A stretch of DNA of 49,418 nucleotides from positions 7,565 to 56,982 of the forward strand of contig JAADHQ010000052.1 in NCBI GenBank assembly GCA_013151795.1, written 5' to 3'. Shown in pieces: positions 20,628 to 29,045 of this stretch. This stretch comes from Gammaproteobacteria bacterium (GTDB lineage Bacteria; Pseudomonadota; Gammaproteobacteria; JAADHQ01). Position 1 is the first letter of the stretch; every line of letters begins with the position of its first letter. A model generated the notes under the pieces. The model was not told the DNA's origin, ran no database searches, and saw only the letters and a program-made list of their open reading frames with translations. The position numbers and the translations under genes are program-made.

Positions 20628-21659
20628 TCAGCCGGTTTCTGTTTGTTCCATTTGAGAATTAAATTCAAATGCATCCGAGAATAATTGTTTTTCAGGCACT
20701 CCCTTTTCCATAAATTCATCTCGTGCACCATATACCATTGCAGGGGGGCCACTCATGTATATGTCAAAATTTTTCAGGTCAGGGTATTGTTTCATTACTG
20801 CCTGGTGTACAAAGCCTGTTTTTCCTTCCCAGTTATTTTCAGTACCGGGTTCAGAGAGTACGGGTGTAAATTGAAAAAGAGGAAAGCGATGTGCCCACTC
20901 AACGGGAAGGTCAGGCATATACAGGTCTCTTAACGAACGCACCCCCCAGAACAGATGGATGGGCTTTTCAAGTCCTATGTGAAAGGCATGCTCAATAATA
21001 CCTTTTAAGGGTGCGAAGCCTGTTCCGCCACCCATGAGGATAATGGGTCTTGGCGAAGATTCCTGTAACATAAAACTGCCTAAGGGTGCTTCGATTCTAA
21101 GGATCTCACCAACCTTCATACGATCAAAAATATATTGTGTATATTCACCGCCATCAATGTGCCTGATATGCAGTTCGATGTGATCGTCATCATGAGGCGC
21201 ATTGGCGATAGAAAAGCTACGGTGTTCACCATTGTCCTGAATGAAATCAAGGTACTGGCCAGCAAAAAATTTCAGGCGAATATTTTCAGGTAATTTCAGG
21301 TATACCCGCATCACATCATGAGAAAGTTGCTCCAGTTTTGCTACCTTGGCGGGCATCCTCAGGATTTTTATTTGCTTGAGTTTTTCAACTTCATCAATAG
21401 CAATCTCAAGATCAGAGCAGGCATGGGCCTGGCAAAAGAGGGCATAACCATCGTCCTGCATATCTTTTTTTAAGCCTTTGGGTATTTCTTTATAACTGAC
21501 AGAACCTTTAAGTAATTTCCCCTTGCAGGCACCACAACGCCCACCACGACATCCATAAGGAAGGCTGACCCCGGATTGTAATGCAGCTTCCAGTATAGTT
21601 TCGTCTGCGGAGGCGAAAAAAGAGTGCTGGGTAGTAGGAATGCTGATTTTATACTTCAT
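20628..21659 (-). CDS. 2Fe-2S ferredoxin-FAD/NAD(P) oxidoreductase (Fre / CDP-6-deoxy-3,4-glucoseen-reductase-like)
   Basis: CRGGRCGACKG...C plant-type ferredoxin cysteines, RSFSIAN FAD motif and GGTGFAP NAD motif. ATG at 21659 (MKYKISIP). The 59 upstream in-frame codons read through a repeat and are not credible. Confidence 0.8.
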   Translation of the reverse strand: MKYKISIPTTQHSFFASADETILEAALQSGVSLPYGCRGGRCGACKGKLLKGSVSYKEIPKGLKKDMQDDGYALFCQAHACSDLEIAIDEVEKLKQIKILRMPAKVAKLEQLSHDVMRVYLKLPENIRLKFFAGQYLDFIQDNGEHRSFSIANAPHDDDHIELHIRHIDGGEYTQYIFDRMKVGEILRIEAPLGSFMLQESSPRPIILMGGGTGFAPLKGIIEHAFHIGLEKPIHLFWGVRSLRDLYMPDLPVEWAHRFPLFQFTPVLSEPGTENNWEGKTGFVHQAVMKQYPDLKNFDIYMSGPPAMVYGARDEFMEKGVPEKQLFSDAFEFNSQMEQTETG

Positions 21660-21804
21660 TAAAATGGTTCGAAGGAAAAAGGACGTGCATTGTCGCTTAA
21701 ATAATAGCTGATTAAAACCCTCAGGTTTTAGGGTTATTACATTATTTTTGTGGGGGAATAGTTGATGTGGCTTTGTGGGGGTGTTTTGGGCTGGATATTG
21801 GGGA

Positions 21805-21971
21805 CGCAAAGGTCGCGGAGGACGCAGAGGGCGCAAAGAAGATCTTTTTTGGGGTTTAAAGTTTATGTGGTTTTACGATTCAAGCTTGTCGGCGTTTGTT
21901 ATACAGGTGAGAGGGGAAAGTAGCCCTGATTTAATAACTTTGCGCCCTCTGCGTCCTCCGCGGCCTTTGCG
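21805..21971. repeat. GC-rich inverted repeat: 34-bp arms (21805-21838 and 21938-21971, 33/34 complementary) around a 99-bp spacer
   Basis: The left arm is CGCAAAGGT CGCGGAGGA CGCAGAGGG CGCAAAG. The reverse complement of the right arm differs only at position 9 (T versus C). Each arm is a run of 9-bp CGCnnAGGn units. Confidence 0.85.
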
Positions 21972-22029
21972 GTAAAAGTATTCACCTCAAAAAACACAGA
22001 TAATAAACATCAACAACAATACAAAATAT

Positions 22030-22680
22030 CTACTTACTCTCAATAGGCAGACTACGCTTACTCCGCAGCCATTTGGTCAGTGGTTCCCATTGCTCCAGGT
22101 CTTGATAAACACTCGACGGTGCCATTTCGTATATGCCGATGCCGCGTTCAGCGGTGCGAATGTAGTTTTGGGTATCGCGCAGGGTGGTGATGAATGGAAT
22201 TTTCAGGCTTTTCAGAAATTTTTCAAGGCTGTGAAATACCAGGGTGTTTTCTCGTACGCGATTAGCAATAACGGCAATTTTTGTTTGTTTACGTGAAACT
22301 TTGCCCTGTAATAACAAATCATGAATAAAACTGGCCGCGGCACGCATGTCGATGGGTGATGGTAAAACGGGAATAAGAATAGTGTCAGCGCGCCTTACCA
22401 GTGTGGTCATGTCTTTGCCATAGGTAGCGGCAGGTGCATCAATGATGACGATATCGGTATCTTTTGGTGGTCGGACGGGTTCTTTCCAGGCGCGGATACC
22501 GGTGATTTCAGGGTACTCTTCCGGACGTACTTTTAGCCACTCAGTACTTGAGCCTTGTGGGTCAAAGTCTTCAAGCACGACATTTAATTCTTCTTCATAA
22601 GCAAAATAACTAGCCAGGTTGGTTGCGATGGTCGATTTACCACATCCGCCTTTGGTATTCAGTACCATGATTGTACGCAT
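22030..22680 (-). CDS. Orphan ParA/MinD-family P-loop ATPase (small, type Ib-like size)
   Basis: 216 aa with a deviant Walker A (LNTKGGCGKST), DFDPQGS and IIDAPA (Walker B-like). No parB-like gene is adjacent. Confidence 0.85.
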   Translation of the reverse strand: MRTIMVLNTKGGCGKSTIATNLASYFAYEEELNVVLEDFDPQGSSTEWLKVRPEEYPEITGIRAWKEPVRPPKDTDIVIIDAPAATYGKDMTTLVRRADTILIPVLPSPIDMRAAASFIHDLLLQGKVSRKQTKIAVIANRVRENTLVFHSLEKFLKSLKIPFITTLRDTQNYIRTAERGIGIYEMAPSSVYQDLEQWEPLTKWLRSKRSLPIESK

Positions 22681-22750
22681 TTTATTTGCCCCTGATTATT
22701 GCTCCTTATCTGGTGATATACCATATCACTCTCTTTAATTTCTCACCACA

Positions 22751-22808
22751 AAAAAAGGCCACGCACTGCGCAGCCTTTATGTTGCAAAACAGCTGTTTTG
22801 TGGCCTTT
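22751..22808 (-). terminator. Compound hairpin plus T run downstream of the carbonic-anhydrase-like gene
   Basis: On the minus strand, AAAGGCCAC (22808-22800) pairs with GTGGCCTTT (22762-22754). The stem encloses the palindrome CAAAACAGCTGTTTTG and is followed by a T run. Confidence 0.45.
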
Positions 22809-22879
22809 AATAACGCAGCCAGTAAATGATGAGTTGCAAGGCTTTGCTGTTCAAGACTAAATCGTTCGTTTAATCCATA

Positions 22880-23776
22880 TTATTTTACGATGGCTGAAAG
22901 AAGATCAGGATTGGTAACGAGGTTTCTTACGCCGTGAGCATGGTCTTCCTTGAAGACATTGCCTTTGCACCATTTACCGACAGTCTCGATGTTAACCTTG
23001 GCCACTTTGGGATGAACACTCCACGTTACCTGAAAAGGAGAGCCTTTTTCATTGTAGCCCGGGCCTGTAGTTGAACCGGCGTACTGAACAGGGGCGCCAG
23101 TATTTGCAGGGATGTTCAGTGCCTGGTAAAGGTTATTTTTCAGGCCGTGTCTAGTCAGTTTGCCAAAATCGAGAGCATGTTTATCATTAACAAGGACGTA
23201 TACCTGGGTTTCAACACGTAACTGTGGATTATTGATTGCTTTACTCAGGCATGAGCCCAGAGTTGGTCCGGGTTTGATTTGTGCTGTTGAGTGAACATAG
23301 TGAACTTCAATAGTGTCTCCAGGGGTAAGCTTGCCGTGTTTATTCGGGCAGATTTCTGTGTGTATGGAGCTTTTCTCTGCTTTGCTCAGATGCCCGGAAT
23401 ACATGTAGCCGCTTTCGTACCCATTTCCATCACCATTTCCGGCATACTTGGTAAATTCGCCACCTTTATGTTCAGCATTCTTGTGAAAATGAATATTACA
23501 GAGATTCATTTTTGTATTAGCAGGGGCTGTATTGAATGCACGCTCGTTTTGACCTGCGTTTGAGTCAATGTCTCGTGGAGACTGGGGGCCAAATCCTTTG
23601 CCTTTGGTATTACTTGCAAGCATATGGTGTTGTTTTTTAATCACTTGATCAGAAACCAGGTCATGACCACCACCATGTGAATCTTTATTGCTTGCACTAA
23701 CGCCAGCTGGCATTAGTGTAGAGATAAGTAGCGCACTGAAAAGTGTAGTTGTTACTGTTTTTTTTATTAAATACAT
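22880..23776 (-). CDS. Exported carbonic-anhydrase-like protein (divergent alpha-type motifs)
   Basis: Signal peptide. QSPRDI, NIHFHKNAEH, IEVHYVH and GSTTGP...VTW parallel the alpha-CA QSPIDI, HFHWG..EH, LHLVH and GSLTTPP..V.W motifs. AGGAG precedes the ATG. Confidence 0.6.
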   Translation of the reverse strand: MYLIKKTVTTTLFSALLISTLMPAGVSASNKDSHGGGHDLVSDQVIKKQHHMLASNTKGKGFGPQSPRDIDSNAGQNERAFNTAPANTKMNLCNIHFHKNAEHKGGEFTKYAGNGDGNGYESGYMYSGHLSKAEKSSIHTEICPNKHGKLTPGDTIEVHYVHSTAQIKPGPTLGSCLSKAINNPQLRVETQVYVLVNDKHALDFGKLTRHGLKNNLYQALNIPANTGAPVQYAGSTTGPGYNEKGSPFQVTWSVHPKVAKVNIETVGKWCKGNVFKEDHAHGVRNLVTNPDLLSAIVK

Positions 23777-23875
23777 GAATTACTCCTAAACTATTTTTTA
23801 AAGCTCCTTAAACGGAGCTATTTATATAATGATAAACAGGAGTGAATGTCAATGATGAAAATATGTTATTAAGCT

Positions 23876-25348
23876 CTACTTTATTGATATACCAAGAGAT
23901 TCCCATATATCATCGATATGTAGTTTAACATCATTAGACATCTGGATAGGCTCACCCCATTCGCGGTTGGTTTCACCTGCTAGCTTATTAGTTGCATCAA
24001 AGCCCATTTTGCTGCCCAGCCCTGAAACGGGTGATGCAAAATCAAGATAATCTATAGGCGTGTTTTCAATGATGGTGGTGTCGCGAGATGGATCCATGCG
24101 AGTGGTCATGGCCCAGATAACATCTTCCCATTTGCGCACGTTAATATCATCATCGACGACGATAACGAATTTTGTATACATAAATTGCCTTAGGAATGAC
24201 CAGACGCCCATCATCACGCGTTTTGCATGTCCAGGGTACTGTTTTTTCATGCTCACGACAGCCATGCGATATGAGCAGCCTTCGGGAGGCAGATAAAAAT
24301 CTGTGATTTCCGGAAATTGTTTTTGAAGTATTGGTATAAATACTTCATTAAGTGCCACGCCAAGAATAGCGGGCTCATCAGGCGGCCGGCCTGTGTAGGT
24401 GCTGTGGTAGATAGGGTCTTTTCGGTGTGTTATGCGTTCAATGGTAAATACCGGGAAACGTTCAACTTCATTGTAATAGCCAGTATGATCACCAAATGGG
24501 CCTTCTTCGGCCATTTCGCCAGGATGAATGACGCCCTCAAGGACGAATTCCGCAGAAGCAGGAACCTGAAGGTCGCTGCCAATACATTTGATGACTTCGG
24601 TTTTATCTCCACGGAGTAGGCCTGCAAAGCCATATTCAGACAATGAATCGGGCACAGGAGTAACGGCACCGAGTATGGTTGCCGGGTCAGCTCCGAGTGC
24701 GACTGCAACCGGGAATGGTTCGCCCGGGTGTTTTTCACACCAGTCCTTGAAATCAAGTGCCCCGCCGCGATGCGCAAGCCAGCGCATGATAACCTTGTTT
24801 TTGCCAATAACCTGTTGGCGATAGATACCCAGATTTTGTCTTTCTTTATGCGGACCCCTGGTAACGACGAGTGCCCAGGTTATAAGAGGAGCAACATCAC
24901 CTGGCCAGCATGTTTGAATCGGAAGTTTTGACAGATCAACATCGTCTCCTTCCAGTATTATTTTCTGACAGGCAGCTTTTTTTACAACTTTGGGTGCCAT
25001 ATTGAGGACTTGTTTGAAAACAGGCATCTTTTCCCATGCGTCGCGCAATCCTTTTGGAGGCTCGGGTTCTTTAAGAAAAGCGAGCAGCTTGCCTACCTCA
25101 CGAAGCGCCTCGACAGAATCCTCCCCCATCCCCATGGCGACACGTTCAGTCGTTCCAAACAGGTTGGCAAGCACGGGTACATCAAAGCCTTTCGGGTTTT
25201 CAAATAATAGTGCCGGTCCGCCACCTTTTAGTGTGCGATCACAGATTTCTGTCATTTCAAGAGCAGGGTCAATTTCGGCAGTAATGCGTTTTAACTGACC
25301 TTTTTCTTCAAGTTGTTGTATAAAGTCCCTGAGGTCTCGATATTTCAT
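23876..25348 (-). CDS. ubiD: 4-hydroxy-3-polyprenylbenzoate decarboxylase
   Basis: 490 aa. [23 protein letters not shown]-terminus and full-length UbiD collinearity. Confidence 0.95.
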   Translation of the reverse strand: MKYRDLRDFIQQLEEKGQLKRITAEIDPALEMTEICDRTLKGGGPALLFENPKGFDVPVLANLFGTTERVAMGMGEDSVEALREVGKLLAFLKEPEPPKGLRDAWEKMPVFKQVLNMAPKVVKKAACQKIILEGDDVDLSKLPIQTCWPGDVAPLITWALVVTRGPHKERQNLGIYRQQVIGKNKVIMRWLAHRGGALDFKDWCEKHPGEPFPVAVALGADPATILGAVTPVPDSLSEYGFAGLLRGDKTEVIKCIGSDLQVPASAEFVLEGVIHPGEMAEEGPFGDHTGYYNEVERFPVFTIERITHRKDPIYHSTYTGRPPDEPAILGVALNEVFIPILQKQFPEITDFYLPPEGCSYRMAVVSMKKQYPGHAKRVMMGVWSFLRQFMYTKFVIVVDDDINVRKWEDVIWAMTTRMDPSRDTTIIENTPIDYLDFASPVSGLGSKMGFDATNKLAGETNREWGEPIQMSNDVKLHIDDIWESLGISIK

Positions 25349-25480
25349 GGCGATGTCTGTTTTCAGTCGATAATCATGGTGACATTATGCACTATTTATC
25401 GAACAATAATGAAGCGATGAATTAATGCACGCGATATAGTAGTCAAGCGGACTGTGGCAGGACAATAATCAGGAAATAAA

Positions 25481-26581
25481 ATGAAGAATATAGACAAACA
25501 ACATGTCGATTTTTTTGCCGAAATATTAATGCAGCTAAAACCTGTTAGTGGTTTTTTTGTGGATTATCCCTTTATTTTCGCATTACTTATCATGGTGCTG
25601 TTTACAGTATTAGCAATGATTGCGGCAGTAATAGTACACAGGCTGGTTGGCCGGCTGGCAGCGAAAACGCGTTTTAGCTGGGATGATCACGTCATAGAAG
25701 CCTTACGTCGTCCAGTATTCTGGAGTGTTATATTCATTGGTATAATGACAGCCTTGCAACCGCTAGAGCCCGGCAAGATATTTCATTCAGTTGTAGAGTC
25801 TGTTTTGTTGACCATCATGATAATGCTGTGGTCAGGTTTTATTGTTAGAAGTGTCAGAATTGCATTGCGTGCAATGAGTGACAGTTCAAGTAAAACACTT
25901 ATTCGAAAACAGACCGTACCTTTATTTGATAATCTGGCTTTTATCGTAGTGGTAGTGGTTGCCATTTATTTTATTTTCAGGTCATGGGATATTGATATGA
26001 CCGCCTGGCTGGCATCCGCTGGTATTGTTGGTATCGCCATTGGTTTCGCCGCAAAAGATACATTAGCCAATCTTTTTTCTGGCGTCTTTATATTGGCCGA
26101 TGCACCATACAACATTGGTGACTATGTGGTTCTTGACAGCGGAGAACGAGGTAAAGTGACACATATCGGTATTCGCAGCACACGCTTGATAACGCGTGAT
26201 GATGTTGAAATTACAATACCGAATGCCATTATGGGTAATACGCGGATCATTAACGAATCAGGCGGGCCGCATGAAAAATACAGGATTCGGGTATCAATCA
26301 GTGTTGCATATGGTTCTGATATAGACCAGGTAAAGGCATTGTTAATGGAGATAGCTACGTCAGAACCACAGGTGTGTGCTAACCCTGAGCCGCGTGTTCG
26401 TTTCAGAATGTTTGGTGATTCAGGCTTGAGTATAGACCTGTTGTGTTGGGTAGAAAATCCAGAGCTCAGAGGCCGTGTACTGGATACGCTGAATACAGTT
26501 ATTTACAAACGATTTAACACAGAAAATATCGAGATACCTTATAGCAAGCAGGATATTTATATTAAAGAAATGCCACGTTAA
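25481..26581 (+). CDS. MscS-family mechanosensitive channel
   Basis: Several N-terminal TM segments. ANLFSGVFILADAPYNIGDYV pore/beta-domain signature. Confidence 0.85.
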   Translation: MKNIDKQHVDFFAEILMQLKPVSGFFVDYPFIFALLIMVLFTVLAMIAAVIVHRLVGRLAAKTRFSWDDHVIEALRRPVFWSVIFIGIMTALQPLEPGKIFHSVVESVLLTIMIMLWSGFIVRSVRIALRAMSDSSSKTLIRKQTVPLFDNLAFIVVVVVAIYFIFRSWDIDMTAWLASAGIVGIAIGFAAKDTLANLFSGVFILADAPYNIGDYVVLDSGERGKVTHIGIRSTRLITRDDVEITIPNAIMGNTRIINESGGPHEKYRIRVSISVAYGSDIDQVKALLMEIATSEPQVCANPEPRVRFRMFGDSGLSIDLLCWVENPELRGRVLDTLNTVIYKRFNTENIEIPYSKQDIYIKEMPR

Positions 26582-26618
26582 TGAAAATTAATCAGAATAG
26601 AATCGGGATAAAGAAAAA

Positions 26619-27566
26619 ATGAAAATGATAATATTATTAATAGCGATGATACCTTCATATGTGTTTGCATGGCAGCTGCCGGGTGTGGGTGATTTCAAAT
26701 TTGAGCCTGTTGCAAAAAATGTATATGTCATGCATGGGCCGCTTGCCTTGCCTGATAAACATAACAAGGGGTTTATGAATAATCCGGGGATTATAGTCGG
26801 TGACAAGGGCATTATCATGATTGACCCTGGCAGTTCTTATCAGGTAGGCAAGAAAATTCTGCAGGAAGCTGCCAGGATAAGTAAAAAACCGGTAGTCGCT
26901 GTATTTAATACACACATACACGGCGATCACTGGTTAGGTAATCATGCTGTAAAAGAAGCCTACCCGAATGTAAAAATATTCGGTCATAAAACAATGATAG
27001 CCATGGCAAATGATCAGGCTGGCCTGGAGTGGCTTGATATCATGAACAAGCTTACTGAAGGTGCAACTAAAGACACTCGACTGGTTGTGCCTGAAAATGC
27101 GAGCAAAGATAATGACAAGCTGGAATTTGCAGGGCAACATTTTAAAATTCATTCAATTAATCCGGCACATACCAGCGCCGATATTATGATTGAACATGTA
27201 GAGAGCAAAACATTGTTTACAGGCGATAACAGTTTTAATAAACGGTTAGGGCGTTTTGATAATACGTCGAGTATGCACGGGAATATAAAAGTATTACAGC
27301 ATTTGAAAAACCTGGGGATCAAAACATTTGTTCCGGGACATGGCAAAAGTGGTTCATATGATGTGGCCGTAAAACCTTTTTATACTTTGTTGTCTATTAT
27401 TCAGAAGACGGTGATGGCAGGTTATAAGCGAGAGCTTGAAAATTATGAAATCAAGGCGGGTGTTATCAAGCAACTCAAGGCATATCGTGACTGGGCAGGT
27501 TTTGATGAAGGCATCGGCAAAAATGTTGCAAAGATGTATCTTGAAGTAGAGGAGTTAAGTTTTTAA
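26619..27566 (+). CDS. Exported MBL-fold metallo-hydrolase (SoxH-like size and location)
   Basis: Signal peptide MKMIILLIAMIPSYVFA and the HIHGDH (HxHxDH) zinc motif. Confidence 0.8.
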   Translation: MKMIILLIAMIPSYVFAWQLPGVGDFKFEPVAKNVYVMHGPLALPDKHNKGFMNNPGIIVGDKGIIMIDPGSSYQVGKKILQEAARISKKPVVAVFNTHIHGDHWLGNHAVKEAYPNVKIFGHKTMIAMANDQAGLEWLDIMNKLTEGATKDTRLVVPENASKDNDKLEFAGQHFKIHSINPAHTSADIMIEHVESKTLFTGDNSFNKRLGRFDNTSSMHGNIKVLQHLKNLGIKTFVPGHGKSGSYDVAVKPFYTLLSIIQKTVMAGYKRELENYEIKAGVIKQLKAYRDWAGFDEGIGKNVAKMYLEVEELSF

Positions 27567-27574
27567 GCTTTTTT

Positions 27575-28114
27575 ATGAATGAAATTTATGGCTTCCCGCC
27601 TGTGGCGACCAGAGAATCACGTATATTAATACTGGGTTCGATGCCGGGCATCAGATCATTGGAAGAAAATCAGTATTATGCGCACAAGCAAAACAGCTTC
27701 TGGATAATTATTGAGGCATTGTTCGGAATTAATAGCGCGCTTGAGTACGAACAACGGATAAGGCTTGTCAGCGAACATGGAATAGCTGTCTGGGATGTTC
27801 TTAAAGAATGTATCCGTGAGGGTAGTCTTGATTCGTCAATTGAGGCGGGTTCAGTGCATGCAAATGATTTCGAATTATTTCTACAGCAACATAAAAAAAT
27901 AAAATGTATTTTTTTTAATGGCGCGCGTGCCGAGCAGGAATATAAAAAACATGTGTTGCCCATATTGCCAGAAAGATTTAATGCGATAAATTATTATCGT
28001 TTGCCATCGACCAGCCCGGCACATGCTTCTATAACCCGACAGGAAAAAATTGAGCAATGGAAAATAATTAAGCAATGTCTGTATCACAAACAGAGTGAGT
28101 CAGATGTGTGTTAA
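27575..28114 (+). CDS. DNA-deoxyinosine (hypoxanthine) glycosylase, UDG superfamily
   Basis: 179 aa. ILILGSMPGIRSLEENQYYAHKQNSFW N-terminal signature as I recall it for this family. Confidence 0.7.
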   Translation: MNEIYGFPPVATRESRILILGSMPGIRSLEENQYYAHKQNSFWIIIEALFGINSALEYEQRIRLVSEHGIAVWDVLKECIREGSLDSSIEAGSVHANDFELFLQQHKKIKCIFFNGARAEQEYKKHVLPILPERFNAINYYRLPSTSPAHASITRQEKIEQWKIIKQCLYHKQSESDVC

Positions 28115-28156
28115 AAATTTTATAACGAGTAAAGATAATAAAAGGCAGGTTTGATA

Positions 28157-29008
28157 ATGGAACAGGAAATCCAGCAAGTTCAGGAAGTATATAAGCTGAT
28201 TACAGAGTTTTTTGTAACATACAGTTTTCAAATACTGGGCGCGATTATTGTTTTTGTAATAGGGATTTTGGTGGCACGTAAAGTAGCCGGTATGGTATTC
28301 AGGATTTGTGAGCGTAAGGAGCTTGATGTTACGTTGAGCCGGTTTATATCCAGCACAACAAAAATTATAATTATTGTAATGGTGGCAATTATTGCACTTG
28401 GCAAGGTTGGAATCAGTGTTACGCCGTTTGTGGCGGCCATTGGTGCCTTGTCGTTAGGTGCAGGTTTGGCAATGCAGGGCTTGTTGTCAAACTATGGTGC
28501 GGGATTAAATATTATTATTGCCCGCCCGTTTGTTGTCGGAGATACGATCCATATAAAAGACGTAATAGGTCAGGTAAAAGAAGTGCATTTGGCATTTACC
28601 CTGCTTACGGATGAAGATGGTGTAGAGATAACTATTCCTAACAAGCACATCGTTGGTGAAATCATTAGTAATTCCCATGCAGAAACATTGGCAGAAGAAA
28701 CTATCGGCATTGCGTATGATAGTGACCCTGAAAAAGCGATTGAAATTATTACCCATGCGCTGTTAAAAACAGATAATGTCAGCAAAGAAAGAATGCCTCT
28801 GGTGGGCATAGAGGATTTTGCAGACAGTAGTATTAATATAGGTATTCGTTTCTGGGCACCAACCAGCCAGTATTTTGAAACGCGTTATCGGGCCAATTCA
28901 GCAATTTTTGCAGCAGTAATGGAAGCCGGTATCAATATTCCTTTTCCTCAGCAGGAAATACGAATACTTAATGATGAGTATTTATCTCATAAAGTGGACA
29001 AAACTTAA
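28157..29008 (+). CDS. Small MscS-family mechanosensitive channel
   Basis: Three TM segments followed by NIIIARPFVVGDTI. The track start at 28151 is TTG, so ATG at 28157 is preferred. Confidence 0.85.
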   Translation: MEQEIQQVQEVYKLITEFFVTYSFQILGAIIVFVIGILVARKVAGMVFRICERKELDVTLSRFISSTTKIIIIVMVAIIALGKVGISVTPFVAAIGALSLGAGLAMQGLLSNYGAGLNIIIARPFVVGDTIHIKDVIGQVKEVHLAFTLLTDEDGVEITIPNKHIVGEIISNSHAETLAEETIGIAYDSDPEKAIEIITHALLKTDNVSKERMPLVGIEDFADSSINIGIRFWAPTSQYFETRYRANSAIFAAVMEAGINIPFPQQEIRILNDEYLSHKVDKT

Positions 29009-29013
29009 TGGTG

Positions 29014-29045
29014 CTGGCGGAATAACAGGTTTGTTATGCCGCCAG
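29014..29045. terminator. Long hairpin between the convergent mscS and prlC genes (no clear U tract)
   Basis: CTGGCGG-A-ATAACA (29014-29027) pairs with TGTTAT-G-CCGCCAG (29032-29045). The right arm overlaps the prlC stop codon. Confidence 0.35.

Noticed and set aside
20628-21836. 402-aa ORF with an N-terminal extension MRPLRPPRPLRPQYP... on the fre-like reductase
   Set aside because: The extension reads through one arm of the GC-rich inverted repeat and through AT-rich intergenic DNA. The conserved ferredoxin domain begins at the internal ATG at 21659 (MKYKISIP).
21775-21975. 66-aa plus-strand ORF (GRKGRGGRRGRK...RPLRPPRPLR)
   Set aside because: It spans exactly the two repeat arms, starts at a GTG, and has low-complexity ends that mirror the 9-bp periodicity. 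It is an artefact of stop-free repeat DNA.
22030-23776. ParA-like ATPase as a carboxysome-positioning McdA acting with the neighbouring carbonic anhydrase
   Set aside because: The CA-like protein has a signal peptide, so it is periplasmic rather than carboxysomal. No carboxysome shell, RuBisCO or McdB-like gene is nearby.
23802-23819. Hairpin AGCTCC-N6-GGAGCT as the ubiD terminator
   Set aside because: On the minus strand it is followed by an A run rather than a U tract, and it overlaps the ribosome-binding region of the next gene. It is more likely incidental or a coupling element.
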